Shown here piece after piece: positions 44,340 to 54,083 of a stretch of 64,000 bases of DNA (position 1 is its first letter; every line of letters begins with the position of its first letter). The translations under genes were made by a program, and so were the position numbers. Below the pieces are notes generated by a model. The model searched no databases. It was not told the DNA's origin and saw only the letters and a list, made by a program, of their open reading frames with translations. Location of the stretch: contig CBDCJV010000002.1 of NCBI GenBank assembly GCA_965217895.1, forward strand, positions 3,808,001 through 3,872,000, written 5' to 3'. Source of the stretch: Waterburya sp. GTDB lineage: Bacteria > Cyanobacteriota > Cyanobacteriia > Cyanobacteriales > Xenococcaceae.

Positions 44340-44422
44340 GTAGGGGCGTTTCGTGAGGTAGTGTGATCTTGGGGGTTTCCCCCATAAACAACTACCGAAC
44401 CCGAAGGGCGAAACGCCCCTAC
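44340..44422. repeat. REP-like palindrome split by a 55-nt family B insertion (44354-44408)
   Basis: Removal gives the perfect palindrome GTAGGGGCGTTTCGCGAAACGCCCCTAC. Confidence 0.85.
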
Positions 44423-44462
44423 GACTGACTACATACGGCTAAAGCCTTTGTGACTTGATAAT

Positions 44463-45923
44463 ATGGCGGTAGACTATGACTTGGTAATAATTGGTAGTAG
44501 TTGGGCAGGTGTTTATGCTGCTCAAAATGCTGTGCAGCTTCAAGCCCGTGTTGCTTTAGTGACTCAGGGCGATACTAATTATTTACCCAATGACACACTA
44601 GTTAATCACAGCTTTAGTCAGATCGGACGTTTAAACTATCAGCTAGCGAATAATCCTTTTGCTACGGCATCACAAGCCCAGTCTCCTTATATTTCTCTAA
44701 CCGAAGCGAGTAACTGGACAAAGGGAATTAATTCTGTAGTTCAAAGCAGTAATTCGTTATCGAGTCTGTCTGCTTTAGGAGTTGATGTAGTTTTAGGCAA
44801 AGGGGAATTTTGCCGTTTACCAAATCTGGCGTTTAATGTGGGTAAGAGAAAATTGCGATCGCGTAATTTTTTACTGGCTACGGATTCTAATTTTGTCCCT
44901 TCATTCTCAGAAGCTAACATTACCAATGATTGTTTGACTCCACCAGACTTGGGCGATCAAGATTTATCTGAATTACCTGACAAGATTATTATTGTTGGTA
45001 GCGATCCGACTGCTTTAGAGTTGACTCAAGCTTTAGCCCGATTTAACAAAAAGATTATCTTAGTTGTTCAACAGCCAAGGATATTACCCCAAGAAGATTT
45101 AGATGTTGTCATCTTGATTCAGGCGCAGTTAGAAGCCGAAGGAGTCGAAATCTTGACTAATTCAAAAGTTAATCAGATTAAGGTAATTGATGAGCAAAAA
45201 TGGATTCAGGCAGGCGATCGCGCTTTGTCAGCCAATGAGATAATTATTGCTGATTACCGTCAGCCTAATATTGTAGGCTTGAATCTAGCAGGAGTAGATG
45301 TTAAATATAATTTACAAAAAGTTTATGTTAATCAGAAGCTGCAAACTACCAATCCCCATATTTATGCCTGCGGTGATTTAATTGGCGGTTATAGTTTGCC
45401 AAACATTGCCCAATATGAAGTTAATTTAATTCTCAAAAATACTTTATTTTTCCCCTGGTATAAAACCAATTACAATTCTGTTCCCTGGGCTGTTTTAACC
45501 CAGCCAAATTTGGCTAGGGTAGGCTTAAATGAAACTCAGGCAAAACAAGAATACGGAGAAGATATTTATGTAGTTAAACAATATTTCAATAACGTGACTC
45601 AAGCGCAAATATTAGATCGAACTACAGGATTGTGTAAACTACTCGTGAAAGCCAATGGAGAAATATTAGGCTGTAGTTTAGTTGGCGATCGCGCTGCTGA
45701 ATTAATTGCGATCGTTGCCTTAATGATCCAAAACAAAATAAGACTAGACTGTAATCCGATGCGAGGATTGACTTCAGTATCTATTCCCACTGTTTATCCA
45801 ACTATGACTGAAATATTGCATCAGGCAAGCAACAATTTTTATCTGCAAAAGTTACAGCGTCATCCTAAACTATTAAATCGTCTACGAACTTGGTTTTCTA
45901 TCCGTAAAAATTGGCATCGGTAG
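44463..45923 (+). CDS. Flavoprotein disulfide reductase-like protein (LpdA/MerA family), degenerate
   Basis: YDLVIIG, TTNPHIYACGD and a dimerisation domain; no CxxxxC. Confidence 0.75.
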   Translation: MAVDYDLVIIGSSWAGVYAAQNAVQLQARVALVTQGDTNYLPNDTLVNHSFSQIGRLNYQLANNPFATASQAQSPYISLTEASNWTKGINSVVQSSNSLSSLSALGVDVVLGKGEFCRLPNLAFNVGKRKLRSRNFLLATDSNFVPSFSEANITNDCLTPPDLGDQDLSELPDKIIIVGSDPTALELTQALARFNKKIILVVQQPRILPQEDLDVVILIQAQLEAEGVEILTNSKVNQIKVIDEQKWIQAGDRALSANEIIIADYRQPNIVGLNLAGVDVKYNLQKVYVNQKLQTTNPHIYACGDLIGGYSLPNIAQYEVNLILKNTLFFPWYKTNYNSVPWAVLTQPNLARVGLNETQAKQEYGEDIYVVKQYFNNVTQAQILDRTTGLCKLLVKANGEILGCSLVGDRAAELIAIVALMIQNKIRLDCNPMRGLTSVSIPTVYPTMTEILHQASNNFYLQKLQRHPKLLNRLRTWFSIRKNWHR

Positions 45924-45984
45924 GGTGGGCAAGCTCAAAATGAAGTATGTCAATTCATATTAAAACTAGATTTGCCCACCGTAC
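45920..45984. repeat. REP-like element (uninterrupted form of 53412-53527)
   Basis: GTAGGGTGGGCAA...TTGCCCACCGTAC; supplies the TAG stop of the upstream gene. Confidence 0.75.
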
Positions 45985-46020
45985 AAGTAAACAGCGAACG
46001 GTCGTTCGCTCATACAATTA

Positions 46021-46647
46021 ATGAATAAAAGGCTTTTTATTGTTTTTGAGGGAATCGATAGTTCGGGTAAATCTACTCAAGCCCAAATGTTAAAGAATTA
46101 TTTTTTAGCTACAGATGAACAGGCTGAAATTAGTTCTGAACCTTCTAATGGCATCATTGGGAATATAATTCGCCAGGCATTAAAACAAAGAATTATCTTT
46201 AGCCGCGATCGCAATTTATTTGATGAACAAATGGCTTATCTCTTTGCTGCCGATCGCCACGATCATTTATATAATGAAATCGACGGCGTATTTAAGTTAA
46301 TCCAAGATAACTATCACGTTATTAGTACTAGATACTATTTTTCTTCTTTGGCATATAATTGTGAAACTGTAGACAAGTTCAACTTTGTCCAACAACTTAA
46401 CGATCGTTTTCCTAATCCCGATTTAACTATATATATTGATATTTCTATTGATATTTCACTTCATAGATTGCAAGAACGTTCTCTAAAAGAAATATATGAA
46501 ACTAAAAAGAAATTAACTAAAGTTAGGCAACAATATCAGCAGATATTTGCTGAATATAAAGGGATGGCGATCGCTGTTGATGGAACCAAAGAACCTGAGC
46601 AAATTCATCAACAAATAGTAGATTTTATACTAGCCAATTTTCAATAA
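46021..46647 (+). CDS. tmk: Thymidylate kinase
   Basis: FEGIDSSGKSTQ, LFAADR and RY..SSLAY motifs. Confidence 0.9.
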   Translation: MNKRLFIVFEGIDSSGKSTQAQMLKNYFLATDEQAEISSEPSNGIIGNIIRQALKQRIIFSRDRNLFDEQMAYLFAADRHDHLYNEIDGVFKLIQDNYHVISTRYYFSSLAYNCETVDKFNFVQQLNDRFPNPDLTIYIDISIDISLHRLQERSLKEIYETKKKLTKVRQQYQQIFAEYKGMAIAVDGTKEPEQIHQQIVDFILANFQ

Positions 46648-46721
46648 TTAATAGTTAGTTATTAATCGAGGTGATTAGATTAACTTGAAAAAATAGTTCA
46701 GTAATTGTCTTAACTGCCCCC

Positions 46722-46764
46722 CTCGCGCATTCCCTTGCGCCTGACGGCGACGCGGGGTCGCTCG
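46722..46764. repeat. 43-nt family A-related repeat, unfilled
   Basis: CTCGCGCATTCCCTTGCGCCTGACGGCGACGCGGGGTCGCTCG within TAACTGACC-type tandem repeats. Confidence 0.85.
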
Positions 46765-47033
46765 TCTAACTGACCTAACTGACCTAACTACCCTTAACTG
46801 CTCTATTGTTTGCTTGCCAGAATTAGGCCTTACTTTGACCTGAATTTTCATTTTTATAAGCTTTAATTATAAAGGTAATTGTATTGCCAAAAAGACAATA
46901 TAATTTAAGGTTGGCTATACTTGTTCTTATTAAAAAAACTAATGTTGTGCAACTAATTAATAAGATTCATCTTCAATATTCATAGATTAAGAAAAACCTC
47001 ACGGCGTATTTATTCAAAATATAGCTTTCGCTA

Positions 47034-50000
47034 TTGGCATCTTCAGCCAGAGAATATAACCATAAGATGAAGCAAAATTCTGAGCAGAATTCAGATAAAC
47101 AAGTTAATTTGAGCAAAAATACAGCAAACTCTCCTAATCGGTGGCGCAAAGTAGTTATAGTTACAGCTATTTTGCTTTTAGGTAGTGCAGGTGGTGGCTT
47201 AGTTTATGGTTGGTATTTTGTGCAGCGCAAGCTAATACCTTTAGTAGAAAAAGAAACGGGAAATTATCTTCATCGTCCCCTCAAACTAGGAAATCTCAAG
47301 AGCATATCGCCTATAGGTGCTAGTTTTGGCAATAGCGCACTTCCTGCAACAAAGGATAATCCTGATTTTGTTACGGTCAAAACAGTAAAGGTCAATCTTG
47401 CGCCATTTTATTTTTTACGTACGCGCAAGCTAAGGCTAGATATTATTTTACAAAAGCCTAATGTCTATATTGAGCAGGATAAATCCAAACTATGGACTCC
47501 TACAAATTTTGGTTCAGGTAACAATTCAAACAAGCAAATTGTCGAAGTACAGTCTATTCAACTGCAAGGAGGTCAACTTTCCTTAGCTGCTTACAATACA
47601 GAAAAAGCAGCCTTAAATCCAACCGTTACCGCCGACATAAATCGGGTTGTTATTCGCCCTATCAACGAGATAATTCAGTTCAATGCTGTGGCGCAGTTGG
47701 TAAAAGGAGGAAAATTTACCGTTGATGGTCAAGGAAATAGTAAAACAGATATCATCAATCTATCTGTATTAGCACAGCACCTAAATGCTTCTGAGACAAG
47801 TAATTTGTTGGCTTTACCGATTGAATTAAATCAAGGAAATATTGACGGCAAAATTGGCGTAACCTTAGCCAAAGCTCCTATTCCCGAATTACAGGGAAAG
47901 CTAAATTTAAATAATGTTAGTCTGCAAATTCCTAATTTAGTTAAACCTTTTAGTCATAGTAACGGTCAGGTTTCTTTTGCAGGTACAAAAATTGAATTAA
48001 ATAATATTGCCACTAAGTTTGGTCAGGTATCAGGGAAAGCTTCTGGTTCACTCAATCTAGCAGACAAGGGAAATTATCAAATTAATACTAAGATCGAACC
48101 TGTAAAAGCCAAAAAGGTAATTGATGCTTTAGAGTTAAATACACCAGTACCAATCAAAGGCAAAATAAAAGGTAACGCCAAAGTTAGAGGAACATTAGAC
48201 AATCCTGTAGTGCAGCTTGATATCGCTACTGCTAGTCCTAGTCGTATCGATAAAGTAGATTTTAAAAAAATTGATGCCAATCTTGAAATAGTCGGTACAA
48301 ATTTATCAGTAAAGCAATTTACTAGCCTGCCTAAAACTGGAGGCAAAATTGAGGGTAATGGCAATTTACAGCTAGACGGCGCACAAAACCTAGATTTTAA
48401 TGTTTCGGCAAAGAACGTCTCAGGTAAAGCGATCGCCAGAGCCTATAATAATAAGTTACCTGTAGATATTGGTTTAATTTCAGGTACTACCAAAATATCT
48501 GCCCAAGCAGGAGACTTGTCCACTCTGCAATTTCGCGATGGCAACGCTAATTTTCTTTTGGGTAACGGCGTAGTTCAAGTAAATAACTTAGATTATGACC
48601 AGGGTAAATGGACATCTAAGCTAACAACATCACGGGTAGAATTTGGCAGCTTACCCTTTGGTAAAGGCAGCACACCTACTATTGCTAAAGGACAGATTGA
48701 TGGCGTGTTTAAAGTCTCAGGCACAAAAGATCTGGGCAATTTGAATCAAATTAAAGCTAGAGGTAAGGCTGATTTAAGTACCGTTGGAGGTAGAGTAGCT
48801 TTACCTAAAATTGCGATCGCCGACGGTAACTGGAAAGTAAATGCTAAAACTAAGAATTTAAAACTACAGCGTTTATTTCCTGATTTGCCCAATGAGTTTA
48901 ATGACAACCTTAGCGGTGACTTTTATCTGACGGGGAATATTCCTGATGATGCTCAACCTCAGACTTTGATCGATGGCTTTGGTGATTTAGCTTTAGCTAA
49001 AGGTCAAGTCAAGGTAGATAACTTAAAAATAGTCGATCGAGATTGGACAGCTAACGTTCGAGGAATTGACCTTAAGCTTAAACAATTGAGTTCTAGCACA
49101 CCCGATCAGTTTGCAGGCTTGGTTAACGGTAAACTTAAGCTAGCAGGAACTACGGATAATATTACTCCAGAAGGAATTAGAGCCAACGGTAAAGGTAGTT
49201 TAACCTTACCCCAAGGAGTTTTTGAGGCGAACAAGCTGGCGATCGCCAATGGTCAATTCAAAGCCTCTGTACTGCCCCAGGGAGTAGATCTAAGCCTTTT
49301 TGCCGATCCCAAGTCGGATGATTTAAAGCTCACTGGACAACTGGGAGGACAGCTAGAAGTTACAGGTAAAGTTGACAACCTTAGTCCTACTGCCGTCGCA
49401 GCCAAAGGAAATTTGACCTTTAGCGAAGGAATCGATCTCTTAGAACAACCTTTAGGGGCTAACGTAGCTTGGGATGGCAAGCGGTTAGATGTGCTACAGG
49501 CAAAAGGAGATGGTTTAGATGCCAAAGGGTATATCGTACTAGACAAGTCATTTTTTAGTGATATTGCCGATAAATTGGCAGCAGTAAATTATTTTGAGTT
49601 TAAAGTTGCCCAAGCGCGATGGATCGACATCAGAAAGTTGCGCTTACCTCTGCCTAGCTGGGCAGCTAATTTAGACTACTCAGGAAGAGGTGAGTTTTCA
49701 GGACAAATTAGCGGGATTCCTTCTGCTATGAATATTGCTGGTGATTTGGGTCTAAGAAACTTTAAAGTAGAAAATATTGAGTTTGACCCTTTTTTGGCAG
49801 GAAATGTGCAAATATCGCCCAAAACAGGAGTCAACCTAAAGCTAGATGAAGTTTTAACTACACCTTTTTTGCCGAGTGGAGAAGACTTTGGTTCTGAACC
49901 CCAGGCTTTGGATAAGATTGAGCTAGTTCTAGATCGCAATTTTTCGCCTCAAGCTTTTGCGATCGCCCATGACGATATATCCGTTAAAGGAGAAGGAAAC

Positions 50001-52667
50001 CAAGAAACCCTAGAATTTACCACCCAAAATATTCCTTTAAAACTGCTTAAAGCCGCAGTAGTTAAAAGCAAGGATTTCAAAATCCCCGACAATGTAGCGA
50101 CTCAAACTGTAGATGGCAAATTATCAGGAGATTTTAGCTTAAATCTTGCTACCCTGGCGACTTCAGGCAAAAACGTCGTCATCGACAACCCCGCTTTGGC
50201 AAGTATCAGAGGCGATCGCCTTCAGGGAAATTTTCAATATGCAGATAATTATTTTGCCATCCAGGATGCTGAATTTCAGCAAAGAAACAGCGTTTATAAG
50301 CTTGAAGGAAGTTTGACTCAAAAGCCTGATGATATTGACGTTGATGGTCAAGTTGCCATTGACGGAGGAAAGATCCAAGATATTTTGGTGGCACTGCAAA
50401 TTTTTGAATTGACCGATTTTAGCCGTATTTTCAGCGATCGCATCTACGCCAACGCAGCAGATTTATATCAGCCTCCCACCCTATCTAATCAGCAACCAAT
50501 ATTTGACGTAGGCTTAAAAGATGCTCCTGTAATCGAACAGCTACAGTTACTATCAGCGATTCAAGCTTGGCTAGCCGATTTAAAGAAACAACAGCAAAGT
50601 GCTTTGATTCCGCCAATTAGAAATCTCAGAGGGAGTTTCGATGGCAAAATTAATGTGTCAGGCTCTTTAAGTAATGGCTTAGATTCTCAGTTTGAATTTT
50701 TAGGTAAAAAATGGCGATGGGGTAATTTAGTCGGTGAAAAAGTTGTTGCCAAGGGTAATTTTAAACAAGGAATATTGACTCTGCTGCCGATTTCAATTCA
50801 GCTTGAAGATAATATTGTCAAAGACAAAGCTAAAAATAAAAACAGAACATCCACTCCTACTCTTTTATTCACAGGCACGTTTGGGGGCAAAACTCAGTCA
50901 GGACAGTTTAAACTAGTAGAAGTTCCTGTTAAATTAATTGAGCAGTTATTTTCTTTACCTCCACAATTAGGCTTAAACGGCTTAATCAACGCCAGTGCCA
51001 GTATCGCTGGAACAACCGATGAACCTCAAGCAAGGGGAGAAATCACCATTGATAATGCTTCTTTAAATGACACTTCGATTCAAACCACCAAAGGCAGTTT
51101 TAACTATCAAGATGCTCGCTTGAACTTTTTTGCTAGCAGCATTATTGCCGAAAACGCAGATCCTTTAACCATTAAAGGCAACATTCCTTATCAGCTACCC
51201 TTTGCCAAAGCTAAACCAGACAGCGATCGCCTTGAACTACAGTTAAACGTCAAAAATAAAGGTTTGGCTTTATTAGATATATTTTCTGGGGGAGAGTTAA
51301 AGTGGATTGATGGTCAGGGAGAAATTGCCCTAGACATTTCGGGAATTCTCGATGCCCAACAAAACTTGCCCAGAAAATTAGTTGCTCAAGGTACGGCTAC
51401 TATTAATAATGGTACTGTTGCTGCTAAAAGCTTACCTAAAAACTTAATTACTAATATTAATAGTAAAATCTTTTTTGATTTGGATAATATCCGCGTTAAT
51501 AGTTTTGAAGGAGATTTTGGTGGAGGTCAAATTCTCGCTGCGGGAACAATTCCTTTTAGTAAGAATGTTGTTCAAAATCCGCTCACCATTGATTTTAGCA
51601 ATATCAAACTAGATGTACCCAAGCTATACAACGGAGGAGTGAAGGGAAAACTACAAATATTGGGCAAAGCTACAGAACCTAGCCTTGCTGGCAATCTAAC
51701 TTTATTTGACGGTACGATCTTTTTAGATAGTGGAGATGAGCAAAACAAGACGGTAGATAATGTAGACAATATTAATATTGAGCAAAAAACCAATGCAATT
51801 AATCAACGTGCAGCATCAACGCAAGGTATAGCAGCCGTAACTCAATATAATAATCTCAAGCTACAGTTGGGAGAAGATATTCAAATTAGCCAACCGCCAA
51901 TCTTTACCTTTTTGGCTACAGGTAATCTAAATATTAATGGCACTTTTCTTGAGCCTAGTCCCGAAGGCACGATCAATTTAAAACGTGGTCAGGTAAATTT
52001 ATTTACGACTCAACTTAATCTTTCTAGAGACTATCAAAATACGGCTCGTTTTTCTGATAATAATGGTCTCGATCCTTTTGTAGACGTACTGCTTACTGGT
52101 TCAGCCCTAGAAACCAGACAAAGACAAGTTCCTAGTGAAATATTGCCGACAGAAATTCCTGAAGCTTTTAATGTGGGAACGCTAGAAACCGTGAGAATTT
52201 CTGCCAAGGTCAAAGGACTTGCTAGTCAAATTAGCAATAATAAAATTGAACTTACTAGTAGTCCTCCCCGTAGTCAAGCTGAAATCGCTGCTTTGTTGGG
52301 GGGTGGAGTGGTAGAAGCTTTGGGAAATAGTAACGGTACTTTAGGGTTAGCTACCTTGGCTGGTTCAGCCCTTTTTGGTAGCCTCAACGGAGAATTTAAC
52401 AACCTTTTTCCCATTGGCGAGTTACGTCTTTTTCCCACCCAAATCATTGATGAAAATAGAGATAACGATCGCAATGAAGGGCTAGCAGGAGAACTTGCTT
52501 TTGACTTGATTGATAATTTTTCCTTTTCTGTACTGAAAGTTCTCAATACCGATATTCGCGCTCAGTATGGTTTTCGTTATCGCCTTAACAATAATTTTGT
52601 GCTTCGAGGTTCTAGTGATTTCCAAGATAATAGTAGAGCCTTAATTGAATTTGAATCTCGTTTTTAA
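47034..52667 (+). CDS. tamB: TamB/AsmA-like translocation and assembly module protein
   Basis: N-terminal TM anchor, long G-rich beta-repeat body, C-terminal ELTSSPPRS..EI region; start probably ATG 47067. Confidence 0.85.
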   Translation: MASSAREYNHKMKQNSEQNSDKQVNLSKNTANSPNRWRKVVIVTAILLLGSAGGGLVYGWYFVQRKLIPLVEKETGNYLHRPLKLGNLKSISPIGASFGNSALPATKDNPDFVTVKTVKVNLAPFYFLRTRKLRLDIILQKPNVYIEQDKSKLWTPTNFGSGNNSNKQIVEVQSIQLQGGQLSLAAYNTEKAALNPTVTADINRVVIRPINEIIQFNAVAQLVKGGKFTVDGQGNSKTDIINLSVLAQHLNASETSNLLALPIELNQGNIDGKIGVTLAKAPIPELQGKLNLNNVSLQIPNLVKPFSHSNGQVSFAGTKIELNNIATKFGQVSGKASGSLNLADKGNYQINTKIEPVKAKKVIDALELNTPVPIKGKIKGNAKVRGTLDNPVVQLDIATASPSRIDKVDFKKIDANLEIVGTNLSVKQFTSLPKTGGKIEGNGNLQLDGAQNLDFNVSAKNVSGKAIARAYNNKLPVDIGLISGTTKISAQAGDLSTLQFRDGNANFLLGNGVVQVNNLDYDQGKWTSKLTTSRVEFGSLPFGKGSTPTIAKGQIDGVFKVSGTKDLGNLNQIKARGKADLSTVGGRVALPKIAIADGNWKVNAKTKNLKLQRLFPDLPNEFNDNLSGDFYLTGNIPDDAQPQTLIDGFGDLALAKGQVKVDNLKIVDRDWTANVRGIDLKLKQLSSSTPDQFAGLVNGKLKLAGTTDNITPEGIRANGKGSLTLPQGVFEANKLAIANGQFKASVLPQGVDLSLFADPKSDDLKLTGQLGGQLEVTGKVDNLSPTAVAAKGNLTFSEGIDLLEQPLGANVAWDGKRLDVLQAKGDGLDAKGYIVLDKSFFSDIADKLAAVNYFEFKVAQARWIDIRKLRLPLPSWAANLDYSGRGEFSGQISGIPSAMNIAGDLGLRNFKVENIEFDPFLAGNVQISPKTGVNLKLDEVLTTPFLPSGEDFGSEPQALDKIELVLDRNFSPQAFAIAHDDISVKGEGNQETLEFTTQNIPLKLLKAAVVKSKDFKIPDNVATQTVDGKLSGDFSLNLATLATSGKNVVIDNPALASIRGDRLQGNFQYADNYFAIQDAEFQQRNSVYKLEGSLTQKPDDIDVDGQVAIDGGKIQDILVALQIFELTDFSRIFSDRIYANAADLYQPPTLSNQQPIFDVGLKDAPVIEQLQLLSAIQAWLADLKKQQQSALIPPIRNLRGSFDGKINVSGSLSNGLDSQFEFLGKKWRWGNLVGEKVVAKGNFKQGILTLLPISIQLEDNIVKDKAKNKNRTSTPTLLFTGTFGGKTQSGQFKLVEVPVKLIEQLFSLPPQLGLNGLINASASIAGTTDEPQARGEITIDNASLNDTSIQTTKGSFNYQDARLNFFASSIIAENADPLTIKGNIPYQLPFAKAKPDSDRLELQLNVKNKGLALLDIFSGGELKWIDGQGEIALDISGILDAQQNLPRKLVAQGTATINNGTVAAKSLPKNLITNINSKIFFDLDNIRVNSFEGDFGGGQILAAGTIPFSKNVVQNPLTIDFSNIKLDVPKLYNGGVKGKLQILGKATEPSLAGNLTLFDGTIFLDSGDEQNKTVDNVDNINIEQKTNAINQRAASTQGIAAVTQYNNLKLQLGEDIQISQPPIFTFLATGNLNINGTFLEPSPEGTINLKRGQVNLFTTQLNLSRDYQNTARFSDNNGLDPFVDVLLTGSALETRQRQVPSEILPTEIPEAFNVGTLETVRISAKVKGLASQISNNKIELTSSPPRSQAEIAALLGGGVVEALGNSNGTLGLATLAGSALFGSLNGEFNNLFPIGELRLFPTQIIDENRDNDRNEGLAGELAFDLIDNFSFSVLKVLNTDIRAQYGFRYRLNNNFVLRGSSDFQDNSRALIEFESRF

Positions 52668-52768
52668 TAGCAATTTAAGCTAGAAGTAGCAATATTTATT
52701 ACTTATTTCTTAAAATAAATATGTTTTCTTGCTATCACTGATCCTACTACTAATAGATTTTATCAACT

Positions 52769-53404
52769 ATGCCCAGTCTAACTTTTTACGGTACGCCTCA
52801 AAGTACCTATGTCCGCACTGTGCGACTGTTGCTAGCAGAAGCTAATATTAATGACTATGAATTGAAAGATATTGGTATTTTTAATGGCGATAACCAAACA
52901 GAAGCATATCTAACTAAACATCCTTTTGGCAAAGTGCCTACGGTAGAAATAGACGGTATAACAATCTACGAAACAGCAGCGATTACCTATTACATTAACC
53001 AAAAGCTAGCTAAAGGTAAGTTTGCGCCTCCTGACCTTTTGATGCAAACTAAAATGCTGCAAATTATGGCAATCATTGATAACTATCTTTATACACTTGC
53101 CGTTGGCACAATTGTAATTCAAAACCTGATTGTCCCTAGTCAGGGAGGTGAAACCGACAAAGAAGCAGTACAAAAAGCGATCGCGCCAACTCAAAAAGCC
53201 TTGGAAGCAATTGAAGACTTATGTGTCGGTAGTCCTTTCCTTGTCGGCAGCATGATTAGCATTGCTGATTTTTATTTAATCCCAATTTTTGTTTATCTCG
53301 AACAAACACCACAGTTTGCATCTGTTACGGCTACCACGCCTAAGTTAAAAGCTTGGTGGGAGGAGACAAAAATTTTAGCCAGCGTTAAAAAGATTTGCTC
53401 CTAA
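52769..53404 (+). CDS. Glutathione S-transferase
   Basis: HPFGKVP, YETAAI and SIADF motifs. Confidence 0.9.
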   Translation: MPSLTFYGTPQSTYVRTVRLLLAEANINDYELKDIGIFNGDNQTEAYLTKHPFGKVPTVEIDGITIYETAAITYYINQKLAKGKFAPPDLLMQTKMLQIMAIIDNYLYTLAVGTIVIQNLIVPSQGGETDKEAVQKAIAPTQKALEAIEDLCVGSPFLVGSMISIADFYLIPIFVYLEQTPQFASVTATTPKLKAWWEETKILASVKKICS

Positions 53405-53411
53405 AAGCAAC

Positions 53412-53527
53412 GTAGGATGGGCAAACTAAAAACCAAGTGTGTCAATATACATTAAAAGTGAAACACTCGGCGTGGAATATGCGCCGTGCAACGACGCATT
53501 TCCGCCGACTAAATTTGCCCACCGTAT
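53412..53527. repeat. REP-like element carrying a 51-nt family C insertion (53458-53508)
   Basis: Aligns with 45920-45984 apart from the insert. Confidence 0.85.
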
Positions 53528-53548
53528 TAAGTAATCAGTAATCAGCCA

Positions 53549-54013
53549 ATGAAATTAAGATTAAAAGACCTAGAAATTAGTAGTCCTGCTTTTGCAGCTT
53601 TAGAACAGATCCCCCAACGCTATACTAGTGACGGAGAAAACGTTTCCCCTGCTTTACAGTGGAGCAAAATACCGCCAGAAACTAAACAGCTTGCATTGAT
53701 TTGTCACGATCCTGATGCACCTTTACCTTGGGGATTTACTCACTGGGTTGTTTACAATATTCCCGCCGACATTACCGAAATAGAAGAAGCTGGGGGAGAT
53801 CTATTTACCGCTGGGGTTAACAGTTCTGGTAGCAAAGGTTATACAGGGGCTGCACCTCCATCAGGACACGGTGTTCATCACTATTACTTCTGGCTTTATG
53901 CTTTGGATAAATCTTTAAACCTCAAGGCAGGATTAAATCGAGAAGAATTACTAAATGCGATCGCCGATTCGGTAACAGCACAAGCCAGACTAGTAGGAAC
54001 TTATCAACGTTAA
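53549..54013 (+). CDS. YbhB/YbcL (PEBP) family protein
   Basis: DPDAP, FTHWV and PP.GHGVHHY motifs. Confidence 0.9.
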   Translation: MKLRLKDLEISSPAFAALEQIPQRYTSDGENVSPALQWSKIPPETKQLALICHDPDAPLPWGFTHWVVYNIPADITEIEEAGGDLFTAGVNSSGSKGYTGAAPPSGHGVHHYYFWLYALDKSLNLKAGLNREELLNAIADSVTAQARLVGTYQR

Positions 54014-54083
54014 AGTTACCGTTAATTCTAAAAGGGCGAAAGACTATTTACCCTTAGCAAAATGTACTAAATTTAATTAATTA

